Shown: one piece after another, positions 1-12,000 of the stretch
Numbering within the stretch: position 1 is the stretch's first letter
Layout of the letters: every line of letters starts with the position of its first letter
Virus record (IMG/VR): IMGVR_UViG_3300027770_001980
Span: 157,357-221,356 of that record
Direction: 5' to 3' (one strand)
DNA length: 64,000 nt
Program-made: the position numbers and the translations under genes
Notes under the pieces: model-generated
What the model saw: only the letters and a program-made list of their open reading frames with translations
Databases searched by the model: none
What the model was told of the DNA's origin: nothing

Positions 1-783
1 CCCAATCCTTATAATATAACTTCTGTACAAACGATAAACAATCAAATTGCTCATGGCGGAGGTGCTGCGTCATTTATTGATCTAAGATTTGATGAAATTA
101 TTGGTATAGTAGATGCTGATAATTTAGCTGCTGCTGAAGCATTTAGACCACTTTCAACCAGAACAAAAACCGGACCGGCCGTGCAAGGTGCAGGAGATGC
201 TATTGCGTTAATCAAACTTAATCTTGATTTCTTAGCCGACGAGATTGTTGCCTATACATATTATAATCTTGCATCTCCACCATACGATGACAGTAAGTGT
301 CGTCGAGATGTTAAATTAATTTTACAAAGATTGATTTACGATATTGAAACCGGGGGTAGATATAATTCTGTCATGTCAGGATTAAGCTATTGGTCAAGAA
401 GCGGAACTCATCACATTGTTCAATTAGGAGAAAATGTAACCAGAACGGATTTATTTCCAGACGGTGCAGATGTTAATTTCTATCAGAGAAGTTATATTAG
501 TGCCAGTGGATATGTATTTGAATATGTAGGAGCCGGTACCAATTACGGAGCATTGCCGCAACGTGGTGTTGCAGATCCAGTACAAGGTAAAGAAGTTGTA
601 CAATTAGATTCAGGAAAGGTATTTTTTACATCAACCGATCAAAATGGAGATTTCCGTATTGGTCCAGGATTGGTGATTAGTCAAGCAACAGGTGTTCTAA
701 GTGGTAGAACATTTACCAAGTCGCTATTTGCAAATATGACACCATTCATATTAGCAATCGAAGGCGGCACTGGATTAGGATAA
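1..783 (+). CDS. Virion structural (baseplate/tail) protein, C-terminal part; ORF is open from position 1
   Basis: The frame has no stop from base 1 to TAA at 781-783. The C-terminus (YQRSYISASGYVFEYVGAG...TSTDQNGDFRIG...GRTFTKSLFANMTPFILAIE) resembles large structural proteins of T4-like aquatic phages. Confidence 0.6.
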   Translation, partial: PNPYNITSVQTINNQIAHGGGAASFIDLRFDEIIGIVDADNLAAAEAFRPLSTRTKTGPAVQGAGDAIALIKLNLDFLADEIVAYTYYNLASPPYDDSKCRRDVKLILQRLIYDIETGGRYNSVMSGLSYWSRSGTHHIVQLGENVTRTDLFPDGADVNFYQRSYISASGYVFEYVGAGTNYGALPQRGVADPVQGKEVVQLDSGKVFFTSTDQNGDFRIGPGLVISQATGVLSGRTFTKSLFANMTPFILAIEGGTGLG

Positions 784-795
784 AAAGGATAAATC

Positions 796-1215
796 ATGGC
801 GTTAATTCCATTAAATCAATTTAAAACAAAAACACAAAAGTTAGTACCTATCACATCATATGTTGAAAAGTCAACTGGAAACAATACTGCAACTGTATAT
901 ACAGCACCAATTGGTGTAACCTCCATTGTTCTAATGGCCCAGGTAGCAAATCTTACGACACAAACACAGCTATGTAGTTTTGTTCATCATAGACAACGAC
1001 CTATCTTGTCTGATGCCCAGGGTAACGGCGCCCAGGAACCCAACATTGATAGTTATCTTGTCAAAGATTTTGCTATACCTGCGGGTGATTCTGCATCGGT
1101 GCTAACTGGAAAATTAATTATTGAAACATTAGATAGTATACGTGCATATTCTCATAGTGATAGCACCTCTACATTACAACTTGTGTTGAGCATACTTGAA
1201 TCAGCAAATACCTAA
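796..1215 (+). CDS. Putative virion structural protein
   Basis: 139 aa ORF with an AAGGA RBS upstream, inside the structural operon; beta-rich sequence. Confidence 0.5.
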   Translation: MALIPLNQFKTKTQKLVPITSYVEKSTGNNTATVYTAPIGVTSIVLMAQVANLTTQTQLCSFVHHRQRPILSDAQGNGAQEPNIDSYLVKDFAIPAGDSASVLTGKLIIETLDSIRAYSHSDSTSTLQLVLSILESANT

Positions 1216-1226
1216 GAGAATAAAAT

Positions 1227-2621
1227 ATGTCAAGTCTACTAAGCGGATCAAAATTACGATATGGCGGCAGCGGGGAATTTCTTCCTCTTGCAGGCGCCAT
1301 GCCTCAACTTCCGGAAACTACCAGCACTACTGGGTTCACACTGATCACAAATAATTTATTGCAAACCAGATATGCTTCCAGCCTTGGTAACATAGAGTTT
1401 ACTCAGGCTCAGATGTATAGTAATTTAGAGGAAGGTACTATAAGAATATTGGCTACCGGAACTACATCAGTTTCGTTAAGTACAGAAACAGGCACACTGG
1501 TAGTTACCGGCGGGGTTGGTATTGGTAAAAATATGTGGGTTGCCGATGATATCCATGTAAACAATTTAACAATTGGACAGGGTATTCCTGATGGTAATAA
1601 TATAGTTTTTGTTGGTAGTTATACTGAGTACGGTTTCGAAGGCGGTCAAAATAATATTTCTATTGGATATAATGCATTAACTGGAATATTAACAGCTCAA
1701 AAAAGTATAGCAATTGGAAATCGTGCATTAAGTAACGGCCCAGGAATCACTAACTCAATTGCGATCGGTGACGGATCATTAAACAGTTTAGGAATGGCGG
1801 CATTAACTGAAGTGGGATTTATTAATCTCGTAACTCAAAGTAGTCCGGTAAGAGTAGTCACTGATGCATCACACAATTTAAACTCCGGCGATCGCATACT
1901 AATTACTGATGTCATAGAAATGACTGAATTAAATAGTGGAACTTTTTATGTGCAATATGTAGATTCGATAACATTTGATCTTTATGAAGATTTAATATTA
2001 AATATTCCATTAGATGGAACAGGATATACAGAATTTATAACTCCTGGAGGAATTGTTAGCAAATATGTATTGAGCAATAATAATATTGCTATTGGAGTTG
2101 ATGCGGGGAAAAATTTAGTAGACGGAAAGAAGAATTTTTTCTTTGGTGATCGAACAGCCGACGGTCTTGTAAGTGGCTCTTCAAATATTTTCCTTGGGTC
2201 TGATGTTGCAAGAAACTTAACTAACGGTAACGGAAATATTTCTATCGGTGGAGACAATTTAATTGACGGAGTTGATAATCAAATTAATATCGGTAGTGTA
2301 TTTTACTACGACGGAATTAATTATTTAGATATAAATTCCAACACACACTTAGGGCTTGGCGAAGAATCTACTTCAACATCTACCGGCGCACTAACAGTAT
2401 CGGGCGGCATTAGTACAGAATACAGTATCTATAGCAGAGAAGGTAATCCCCAGGAAAATTATCTACTATACACTCCTCGGGTGTTTGTGTCTTCAACAAG
2501 TCCAATTGCACCCAGAATAGCCGATTTTTGGATATTTAATGACGGACTCGGAAGTTCATCATATCTTCAATATGTAAGAGATGGTACTGATACCTTCTGG
2601 TTACAAGTTGGTTTAATTTAA
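1227..2621 (+). CDS. Tail fibre/adhesin-like protein with YadA-head-like (xxAIG) repeats
   Basis: Repeats NNISIG, KSIAIG, NSIAIG, NNIAIG and GNISIG, plus GTLVVTGGVGIG and GALTVSGG fibre motifs. Confidence 0.55.
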   Translation: MSSLLSGSKLRYGGSGEFLPLAGAMPQLPETTSTTGFTLITNNLLQTRYASSLGNIEFTQAQMYSNLEEGTIRILATGTTSVSLSTETGTLVVTGGVGIGKNMWVADDIHVNNLTIGQGIPDGNNIVFVGSYTEYGFEGGQNNISIGYNALTGILTAQKSIAIGNRALSNGPGITNSIAIGDGSLNSLGMAALTEVGFINLVTQSSPVRVVTDASHNLNSGDRILITDVIEMTELNSGTFYVQYVDSITFDLYEDLILNIPLDGTGYTEFITPGGIVSKYVLSNNNIAIGVDAGKNLVDGKKNFFFGDRTADGLVSGSSNIFLGSDVARNLTNGNGNISIGGDNLIDGVDNQINIGSVFYYDGINYLDINSNTHLGLGEESTSTSTGALTVSGGISTEYSIYSREGNPQENYLLYTPRVFVSSTSPIAPRIADFWIFNDGLGSSSYLQYVRDGTDTFWLQVGLI

Positions 2622-2636
2622 TTAAAAGAGAAATAT

Positions 2637-3536
2637 ATGGCAATTTTAAATTTTCCAAAATTTCCAAATGATGGAGATCTATTTACTCCACCCGGAAGTA
2701 CAAAAACATATGTTTGGCGAGCTGCGGCTAATGCATGGCTAATTTCTAACGCACAAAATACTGCTACAACGGTACAGGCATTTACAGTAGAAGTTACTTC
2801 GTCAACTAATTCAATATCAACAGAAACCGGTTCATTGATTGTTCGTGGTGGTGTTGGTATCGGCGGGGATGTACACGTCGGTGGTGTGATATATTCCGGC
2901 GGGGTGCCTGCTCTAACAACAGCAAGTTTTAATAATACAATCGGAGAAGGTAGTGATATTGATATCACCACGGTAACCGATCCTCTTTCTGGGCTTGACA
3001 CTTTATATTTTTCCGATATATCAACATTGGCCAGTGTGACAGGACGTGGTGCTACTACCCCTGAAATTGTACGCTTTACTAATTCAACTAACTCTACAGC
3101 AACTAATAATGGTGCTATTGTAGTCAGCGGTGGAGTTGGTATTGCAGGAAGGGTAAATACAGAAAGTATTAAAATTGCAGATACTGTATTTGACTCTACT
3201 AAGACAACAGTAGATACAGTTACAGAAAATGTGATTGATACTTATTTGTTAAGTCAATATAGATCGTCAAAATATTTTATACAGATTGGTGAATCGTACG
3301 AGTTATATGGTACCGTTAATCCACGATTCCAATCGGTTGAAATAAACTTAACAGCGAAGAATGATGGAACACCATATCTAACACAGTATGGTCAGGTTAC
3401 CACAGATGGAGAGTTAGGAACTTTTAGTGCAAGAGGAGATGTAAGTGGAAGTGATATTACAATATCGTTAACTTTTACGCCAATCGATACTGAACCTAAA
3501 ATAATTAAGGTACTAAGGACGGCAATGGTCTCCTAA
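2637..3536 (+). CDS. Virion structural/fibre protein
   Basis: N-terminal LNFPKFPNDGD...YVWRAAANAW module, two GSLIVRGGVGIG-type repeats and a beta-rich C-terminal domain. Confidence 0.55.
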   Translation: MAILNFPKFPNDGDLFTPPGSTKTYVWRAAANAWLISNAQNTATTVQAFTVEVTSSTNSISTETGSLIVRGGVGIGGDVHVGGVIYSGGVPALTTASFNNTIGEGSDIDITTVTDPLSGLDTLYFSDISTLASVTGRGATTPEIVRFTNSTNSTATNNGAIVVSGGVGIAGRVNTESIKIADTVFDSTKTTVDTVTENVIDTYLLSQYRSSKYFIQIGESYELYGTVNPRFQSVEINLTAKNDGTPYLTQYGQVTTDGELGTFSARGDVSGSDITISLTFTPIDTEPKIIKVLRTAMVS

Positions 3537-3550
3537 TTAAAGGAATAAAA

Positions 3551-6500
3551 ATGGCGACAGCAATAGCAATTACAGAAGATTTTGTAACCAAGAGTGGTTT
3601 GATTGTACAAGGCACCGGTACGGTTACAAGTTCTACAGGGCAAACCACAGCTTTGCAGGTCAATGGTGGTGCTGCCATCGCCAAGAATTTAATTGTAGGA
3701 ACTACCGCTAATATTAATGGAACATTATCAGTTGGAACAACTGCCACTATTGGTGTTGACGCAATCGTTAATAGAAATTTAATAGTATCAGGAAACTCGA
3801 GATTAGTTACAGTTACTGCAACCGGCGTTGTATCTATTACTAACGCAACTGCGGCTACAACAGCCAGTATCGGTGCATTGATAATTACAGGTGGCATTTA
3901 TGCTGGGAAAAATGTTGTAATAGCAAGCACAACATCAAATACCGGAACAACCATTAATAATGCATTATATGTAGCCGGCGGCATTGGTATTGGTAAATCA
4001 TTGGTAGTTGATGGAGAAACATTATTTAAAGGTGATGTTACCTTTGTTGGATCATCGACTTTTCTTTACAGTGTAAATTCTCTATACACAGATAACATTA
4101 TTGAATTACATGTACCACCGGCTCCTCAAACAACTTGGTCAGTCGACGATGGTAGGGATATAGGATTACGATTCCACTATTATAATGGTGCAGATCAAAA
4201 TGCCGGATTGGTGTTAGCGCATGATACAAAATACTTAGAATGGTATGACACCGGAACAGAGGACGGCTCTGGTGATTTTGTAAGTGGTACATACGGAACC
4301 TTTAAAACAGGTGTTATACAATTAGTAAGCGGTACAGCCAGCTCAAATACCTACAGTGGAGATTTGATAGTTGCTGGTGGTGTTGGTGTTGCTGGTGATA
4401 TCTATGTTGGTAATTCTGTTAATTCTCCATTATTTGTTGGTAATCTCACTGGAGTAGTTACTACTGCTACTAATCTCGAAGGTGGGTCAGCAGGAGCATT
4501 ACCTTATCAAACCTCAGACGGTGCTACTACATTCCTTTCAATTAGTTCCGATGGATATGTTCTAACAATCGATAGTGGATTGCCTACATGGGCTCCTATA
4601 CAAACAGTTGTAGTTGATTATGCTAATACCGCTACTAATTTAAAATACGGTGATGATATGGAAATTCCATATCAGTTAAGTCCGGGAGTGACCGAATTTA
4701 ATTTCAATTTAAGATACGATCATGTCAACAGTACGTTACGAACAGTTAATGCGGTATTTACTGGAACCGACGACTCATCAAGTGTTGGTAGTGGAGCATT
4801 ACAAGTTGTAGGTGGTGTTGGAATTGGTGGTAACATCTACGTTGGTAGTAATGCTTCAATAGTTGGAAATTTAGAAATAGATGGTGGTGATATCACTACA
4901 CTAAACACCACTATCAATTTAATAAACACTACCGCAACTACTGTCAATTTTGCCGGAGAAGCTACTGCTATTATTGTTGGATCAACTGATGGTTCTACAA
5001 CTATAAGAAATTTAACAACTATCTCAAATACTGCATCCGCTGTAAGTACTGTGACCGGAGCATTGCAGGTAGTAGGTGGAGTTGGAATACAAGGTGCTAT
5101 TTATATTGGTGGCACATCTACTTTCTTAAGCGATTTACTTCCTGAAAATTCGCGTGTAAATCTTGGGTCGCTGGCATCACCTTTCAAAGATTTATATCTA
5201 AGTGGTAATAGTTTATATGTTGGAAGCATTACAGTTTCTTCTAACGGATCGGCCATGGTGGTTTCAAGTTCTGCAGGACCTGCAAATTTACAAGCACCAT
5301 TTATTGCTGCTACAACTACCACTAATGCAGAAAGCACAAATACTGGTGCATTACAGGCAGTCGGTGGTGCTGGTATAGGTCGAGATTTATGGGTAGGTGG
5401 CAATGAAACATTATTAGGTGATTTAGAAATACGTGGTGGCAATCTTACTACAGATCAAACTACATTTAATTTATTAAACACTAACGCTACCACAGTTAAT
5501 TTTGCTGGCGCAGGAACCGTTATTAATATCGGCTCCACCAGTACTGGCTACACAAACATTAATAATAGAACCACTGTAACTAATACCGCAGTGGCATCAA
5601 GTACTGTTACTGGTGCCCTTGTTGTAGCCGGCGGCGTTGGCATCGGAAAATCTTTATGGGTAGGTGGCAATGAAACTCTATTAGGTGATTTAGAAATACG
5701 TGGCGGCGATCTTACTACAGATCAAACTACATTTAACCTAATTAATGCAGTTTCAACCACGGTTAATTTTGCTGGTGCAGGAACTGCTATTACTATTGGT
5801 TCAACTAATGGAACCACTATAATACGTAATAGAACAACTGTAAGTAATAGATCAGCTGCATCAAGTACTGTTACTGGAGCTCTGGTAGTTGGCGGCGGAG
5901 TCGGTATTGGTGGCGCATTATATGTCGGAGCAGCAAGCTATATAGATAGTTCAATAATAATAACCGAAGCAACTTTAGGACTATACGGAGTAAGCTCACT
6001 AACCGCAGGAACAGATACTCAAGTTAGTACCTCAACTGGTCCGGTAGTTATATGGAATAACAGTACATTACAGACTATAACAGATAGAGATAATTCAACT
6101 ACAAATATTATATCAATTACCAATACTACAGATTCAACCGGAACATCAAACGGAGCACTAACTGTATCTGGTGGAGTTGGTATTTCTAAAACATTATATG
6201 TTAATACGGTTACTGTTGTAAGTCGTACTGCATCAATTTCCACTAACACAGGAGCATTAGTAGTTGCAGGTGGTGTTGGGATTGCTGGAAATATATACCT
6301 TGGCGGAATAATGTATGGAATTGCAAATACCGCCACCAATGTAGCCGGCGGTGCCGCTGGAAAAATTCCTTTCCAAATTAGTACCGGTACTACAGGATTT
6401 TTTGGGCCAGGGACAAATGGTCAAATATTAATTAGTAAAGGAACAACTTCATCTGGTCATTTATTTGTTGATACATCTACATTTTTAATAGGATATTCTG

Positions 6501-8770
6501 TCAATGTAGCAGGTGGAACATCTGGGTCATTACTGTATCAATCATCCGCTAACACTACGAATTTTATTGGTATAGGTGCAGATGATACATTCTTAAGAAG
6601 TGATGGTTCGACTGCTACTTTTGTAACTACAAGCTCAATGTTTGTTGGCCGCGCATCATTAACAAATAATGTAGCAGGCGGTGTTAGTGGATCACTGCTA
6701 TATCAAAGCAATCCAGACACTACAACATCGTTGCCTATAGGAACAAACGGACAAATTTTACAATCCGACGGATCAAATCCTGCTTGGGTTGACTTTCCGG
6801 GCGGTGTGGTTATACCAAATGCTGCTAATGTTGGTATCAATAACGATACAAGCAATGCAGATACAAACTATATTACATTTGTAAATACCTCAACTGGGCA
6901 AACTGGAATTAGAGTATCCAGTCCTTCTGGTATTACATATGTTCCAAGTACAGGAAATATGGGTATAGGTGTAAGCACCGCAACAACTAAATTAGAAGTC
7001 GGTGGCGGCGTAAGAATTTCCGGTGCTACTACAATAACTAATACCACGGTAGCATCGAGTACTACCACTGGTGCTTTACAGGTAGCAGGTGGAGTTGGTA
7101 TTGGTGGTACGGCATATATTGGTGGAAATATCAATGTAGTAGGTACTGGAACATTTTCTGGCGATATTGTGATAAATGGTGGTGATATCACTACAAATCA
7201 ACCCACATTTAACCTAATTAATGCAGTTTCAACCTCGGTTAATTTCGCGGGAGCAGGAACCGCTATCAGTATAGGGTCTTCGTCAGGCATCACAACAATA
7301 AAGAATAATTTAACAGTTGTTGGAAATATAACTGTTCAAGGTAAAACTACTATTGTTGATAGTACAGTTACTAATTTTGCTGATCCTGTAATAACATTAG
7401 GTGGTTTAGCAAACGATGATCCTCTTACTACCAATGATAATTTTGATAAGGGAATCGCATACAAATACTATTCCGGTAGTGCTAAATTAGGATTTTTTGG
7501 ATATACACAGGGTTCTGGATTTTTAACATTTATTCCTGATGCTACAATCGTTAATAATGTAGTAACCTCGGGTGCTAAAGGTGCTATAGATATAAATCTT
7601 GCAGGTGGAACATTACAATCAATTCCATATCAAAGTAATTTCAATGTTACCTCCTTCTTGGCAGCCGGTAATGCTGGAGAATTATTACAAACCAATGGAA
7701 CGGGTTCTGCTCCAAGTTGGGTACCGACAGCTGGATTGACAGCAGGTAATGCATCTACCTCTACACATTTATCAGGCGGTAATGCTGCACAAATACCATT
7801 CCAAACATCTATAGGAAGAACAAGTTTCATTAGTACAGGTACAGCAGGACAAATACTGGTCAGTGCCGGAACTACATCAACTGGTCCAGTGTTTACAAAT
7901 ACATCCAGCATTAGGGTAGGTTTTGCCACCGTTGCTAACAATATAGTATCGGGTAGTTCAGGACAGGTGTTATTCCAATCAACAGGAAGTACCACTGGAT
8001 TTGCAGGACCTGGATCAATTGGCAACTTATTGGTCAGCAATGGTCCTACCTCGGGCGGTCCTACTTTCCAAAGTACTTCAACAATATTAGTAGGATATGC
8101 TGTAAATGTACAAGGTGGAACGTCGGGTCAATTAGTATTTCAATCAACAGGAAGTACTACATCATTTGCTGGTCCAGGTACAGCAGGACAAATATTAATC
8201 AGTGCTGGAACCACATCAACTGGTCCTGTGTTTACCAATACCGCAACATTCTTAGTAGGCTATTCCGTAAATGCATTTAACCTAACAGGTGGTTCAACTG
8301 GATCGGTTGTATATCAAAGTGCAACCGGAACCACTGCAATGTTAGCACCGGGTGCTGCTGGAAATATATTGCAAACTAATGGCCCTGGCTTGGCACCATC
8401 CTGGCTATCTGTAAGTGGACTAACAGCAGGTAATGCTACTACTTCCACTAATTTAGCTGGCGGTACAGCAGGACAAATTCCATATCAACAATCTCCTGGA
8501 ATAACCAGTTTTATTAGTACCAGTACCGCAGGTAATATATTAGTCAGTAATGGAACAGGTGCTCCGACATATAACAATACATTAACATTAGCAGGCACCA
8601 CTGCTGCAACTAATACCACAACGGGTGCATTACAAGTTAAGGGTGGTGTTGGTATTGGTGGTAGTGTTTATGTTGGTAACAGAGTTGGATTTGTTAATGC
8701 CAGTAATGTTAGCACAGTCTATCAATATTACAATGCTACAACTAATAGTTTAGATACGGTGTTTGGATAA
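3551..8770 (+). CDS. Long tail fibre-like protein (1739 aa, Thr/Ser/Gly-rich repeats)
   Basis: Strong AAGGA RBS. Many GALxVxGGVGIG and NxAGGxxGxxxYQ repeats. Confidence 0.75.
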   Translation: MATAIAITEDFVTKSGLIVQGTGTVTSSTGQTTALQVNGGAAIAKNLIVGTTANINGTLSVGTTATIGVDAIVNRNLIVSGNSRLVTVTATGVVSITNATAATTASIGALIITGGIYAGKNVVIASTTSNTGTTINNALYVAGGIGIGKSLVVDGETLFKGDVTFVGSSTFLYSVNSLYTDNIIELHVPPAPQTTWSVDDGRDIGLRFHYYNGADQNAGLVLAHDTKYLEWYDTGTEDGSGDFVSGTYGTFKTGVIQLVSGTASSNTYSGDLIVAGGVGVAGDIYVGNSVNSPLFVGNLTGVVTTATNLEGGSAGALPYQTSDGATTFLSISSDGYVLTIDSGLPTWAPIQTVVVDYANTATNLKYGDDMEIPYQLSPGVTEFNFNLRYDHVNSTLRTVNAVFTGTDDSSSVGSGALQVVGGVGIGGNIYVGSNASIVGNLEIDGGDITTLNTTINLINTTATTVNFAGEATAIIVGSTDGSTTIRNLTTISNTASAVSTVTGALQVVGGVGIQGAIYIGGTSTFLSDLLPENSRVNLGSLASPFKDLYLSGNSLYVGSITVSSNGSAMVVSSSAGPANLQAPFIAATTTTNAESTNTGALQAVGGAGIGRDLWVGGNETLLGDLEIRGGNLTTDQTTFNLLNTNATTVNFAGAGTVINIGSTSTGYTNINNRTTVTNTAVASSTVTGALVVAGGVGIGKSLWVGGNETLLGDLEIRGGDLTTDQTTFNLINAVSTTVNFAGAGTAITIGSTNGTTIIRNRTTVSNRSAASSTVTGALVVGGGVGIGGALYVGAASYIDSSIIITEATLGLYGVSSLTAGTDTQVSTSTGPVVIWNNSTLQTITDRDNSTTNIISITNTTDSTGTSNGALTVSGGVGISKTLYVNTVTVVSRTASISTNTGALVVAGGVGIAGNIYLGGIMYGIANTATNVAGGAAGKIPFQISTGTTGFFGPGTNGQILISKGTTSSGHLFVDTSTFLIGYSVNVAGGTSGSLLYQSSANTTNFIGIGADDTFLRSDGSTATFVTTSSMFVGRASLTNNVAGGVSGSLLYQSNPDTTTSLPIGTNGQILQSDGSNPAWVDFPGGVVIPNAANVGINNDTSNADTNYITFVNTSTGQTGIRVSSPSGITYVPSTGNMGIGVSTATTKLEVGGGVRISGATTITNTTVASSTTTGALQVAGGVGIGGTAYIGGNINVVGTGTFSGDIVINGGDITTNQPTFNLINAVSTSVNFAGAGTAISIGSSSGITTIKNNLTVVGNITVQGKTTIVDSTVTNFADPVITLGGLANDDPLTTNDNFDKGIAYKYYSGSAKLGFFGYTQGSGFLTFIPDATIVNNVVTSGAKGAIDINLAGGTLQSIPYQSNFNVTSFLAAGNAGELLQTNGTGSAPSWVPTAGLTAGNASTSTHLSGGNAAQIPFQTSIGRTSFISTGTAGQILVSAGTTSTGPVFTNTSSIRVGFATVANNIVSGSSGQVLFQSTGSTTGFAGPGSIGNLLVSNGPTSGGPTFQSTSTILVGYAVNVQGGTSGQLVFQSTGSTTSFAGPGTAGQILISAGTTSTGPVFTNTATFLVGYSVNAFNLTGGSTGSVVYQSATGTTAMLAPGAAGNILQTNGPGLAPSWLSVSGLTAGNATTSTNLAGGTAGQIPYQQSPGITSFISTSTAGNILVSNGTGAPTYNNTLTLAGTTAATNTTTGALQVKGGVGIGGSVYVGNRVGFVNASNVSTVYQYYNATTNSLDTVFG
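5386..5736 (+). repeat. Near-identical ~84 bp in-frame duplication in the fibre gene (about 5386-5469 and 5653-5736)
   Basis: tttatgggtaggtggcaatgaaac...cttactacagatcaaactacatttaa occurs twice with few substitutions (LWVGGNETLLGDLEIRGGxLTTDQTTFN). Confidence 0.85.
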
Positions 8771-8991
8771 TGCCTATAGTAGCATCACGTTTGACCTCAA
8801 CAGGTACATTGTTTATCAGTGGAGAATTTAATGAAGTCACTACGTCGACTATACGTTTAACCACCACTACTTATTATGCCGCAGGGTTTGATGAGGTGTC
8901 AATTCGTGGTGGCAGTGTAGCAAAGCGTGAAACAACTACAGGTACATTACTGGTATCTAATGGATTTGATGAAGTTAACAAACCCGTTTAA
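8770..8991 (+). CDS. Small virion/fibre-associated protein
   Basis: 73 aa with three GxF(D/N)EV repeats; ATG overlaps the upstream stop (TAATG). Confidence 0.55.
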   Translation: MPIVASRLTSTGTLFISGEFNEVTTSTIRLTTTTYYAAGFDEVSIRGGSVAKRETTTGTLLVSNGFDEVNKPV

Positions 8992-9012
8992 CATTTAGGT
9001 AAATATTATACT

Positions 9013-12000
9013 ATGGCACAATTACTATCAGGAACAAGAATATACGGAACAGGAACTGTTGATTCTCAATTGTTTATTAACGGAAATACTGCTGCTACCA
9101 GTACAAATACTGGTGCTTTACAAGTTGTTGGTGGTGTTGGAGTTGGTGGTAATCTGTTTGTAGGCGGCACATTATATGCATCCGCAGTAACTGGAAATAT
9201 TACTACCGCTACGAATTTAGCAGGCGGCAACGCCTCACAATTAGCATTCCAAACTGCCCTGGGTGTTACCAGTTTTGTCAGTTCGGGTACCGCAGGACAA
9301 ATACTGGTCAGTGCTGGTAGTACATCAACTGGCCCGGTATTCACCAATACATCAACCATTAGGGTAGGATTTGCTACCAATGCTATAAATGCTTCAACAC
9401 TATTAAGTGGAACTGCACAATCAATTGTATATCAATCAAGTACAGGAACAACCGCTTTCTTATCTGCAAGTACATCCGGTTATCTGTTATCAACACAAGG
9501 TACCGGTGCTGCACCTGCATGGATTTCTCAAGCAAGTCTAACAGCAGGTGGTGTTGATACGGTAAAAACTATAGAAAATGCAACGAATTCTATTTTTTAT
9601 CCAACTTTTGTAAATTCTAATAATGTGTCTGCAACTGGCGAGTCTTTATATACCACCAGCAGTTTTAGTATCAACCCATATACTGGCTATGTAACAATTG
9701 GTACAAGTTCTACTATTAGCGGTTCTGTCTCTGCTCCGTTAACTGTATATAAAGATGGTTCACAAGAATCAAACACTCCTGTTGGAACATATAATGTTGC
9801 TCAATTTGGTAATTCGGCCGGTTCTCGAGGCGTTGGAATAAACTATGACCCAACTAATGTAACCGGTGGATTGTATAGTTTTGGAATTAATTCTAATTTA
9901 ATTTTTTATACCCCAACTGGTTCAACATACAAAGAACGTATGCGCATTTCTACCGGCACCGTTGGAATCGGAACGGTTGGATTAGTTACAACTGCTCCAT
10001 TGCATGTTGCAGCACCACTTTCAACTGGAACTATTGTTACAGTTGGAATGTTTACACAAAACATTGATACAGCACTAACTACTGGTTCAGGAGTAAGGCT
10101 TGTTCTCGCAGCCGGTAACAGCCAGTCAAGGGCTGCAATTATCGAAGCCGCTGTTGAAAGTGGCCTTAACGCACACTACCTTGCATTCTCTACTAATGCC
10201 AGCGGTGCGAGTCCAACTGAGAAGATGCGTATCACCTCCGCCGGTGGGATTGCATTTGGTGGAGCAACTAACTATGGTGCTACTGGAAATGTATTAGTTA
10301 GCCAGGGCGATGCTGCTCCACAATGGACTGCTATAGGAGCAATTGCTGCCGGTCAAGCAACCACTGCAACCAACTTAGCAGGCGGCAGTGCTGCACAGAT
10401 AGCATTCCAAACAGCTATAGGAAAAACCAGTTTTGCAGGTCCTGGCACAGCAGGACAAATACTGGTCAGTGCTGGTAGTACATCAACTGGCCCGGTATTC
10501 ACCAATACATCAACCATTAGGGTAGGATTTGCTACCAATGCTACAACATTAGAAAATGGAACTGCCCAATCAATTGTATATCAATCAAGTACAGGAACAA
10601 CCGCTTTCTTATCTGCAAGTACATCCGGTTATCTGTTATCAACACAAGGTACCGGTGCTGCACCTACGTGGATTTCTCAAGCAAGCATAACAGCAGGTGG
10701 TGTTGATACGATAAAGACAGTGGGTCAAGCAAGCATTGCTGATTATTATCCAACTTTTGTAAATTCTAATAATGTGTCTGCAACTGGCGAGTCTTTATAT
10801 ACCACCAGCAGTTTTATTATCAACCCTGCGACAAAGGAAATATCTGTTAATGGAACAGGTAGATTTACTAGTCCAGCAAACGGAACAACAGGTGCGGTTG
10901 TATTACGAGCAAATACTACAAATACAGCAACAACTTATCTACAGTGGTCCAATAATGCGAGTACTATTCAATATGGTGCCATAGGTGTTACAAGTGCGAC
11001 TGATATAGTATTTTTAAACAGTAGTGTTGAGCGTATGCGTATCACCTCCACTGGTGCTATTGCATTCAGTGGAGCAACTAACTATGGATCAAGTGGAAAT
11101 GTATTAGTTAGCCAGGGCGATGCTGCTCCACAATGGACTGCTATAGGAGCAATTGCTGCCGGTCAAGCAACCACTGCTACTAATTTAGCAGGCGGTACAG
11201 CAGGACAACTACCTTATCAAAATGCCCCAGGTGATACCAGTTTTGCAGGTCCTGGCACAGCAGGACAAATACTGGTCAGTGCTGGTAGTACATCAACTGG
11301 CCCGGTATTCACCAATACATCAACCATTAGGGTAGGATTTGCTACCAATGCTACAACATTATCAAGTGGAACTGCACAATCAATCGTATATCAATCAAGT
11401 GTAGGAACAACTGCTTTCTTAGCAGCCGGTACTTCAGGACAAGTATTACAAACAAATGGAACTGGCTCTGCACCTACATGGGTATCAACTGGATCATTGA
11501 CTGCCGGTCAAGCAACCACTGCTACTAATTTAGCAGGTGGTACAGCAGGACAATTAGCATTCCAAAATGCCCCAGGTGATACCGGTTTTGCAGGCCCTGG
11601 CACAGCAGGACAAATACTGGTCAGTGCTGGTAGTACATCAACTGGCCCGGTATTCACCAATACATCAACCATTAGGGTAGGATTTGCAGATAATGCTTCA
11701 ACATTATTAAGTGGAACTGTACAATCAATCGTATATCAATCAAGTACAGGAACAACCGCTTTCTTATCTGCAAGTACATCCGGTTATCTGTTATCAACAC
11801 AAGGTACCGGTGCTGCACCTGCATGGATTTCTCAAGCAAGTCTAACAGCAGGTGGTGTTGATACGGTAAAGACCGTGGGTCAAGTAACCAGTTCTACTTT
11901 TTATCCAGTATTCGTTAATTCCAATAATTCATCTGCAACTGGTGAGTATTTGTATACCACCAGTAGTTTTAGTATTAATCCTTATTCCGGACATGTTGGT

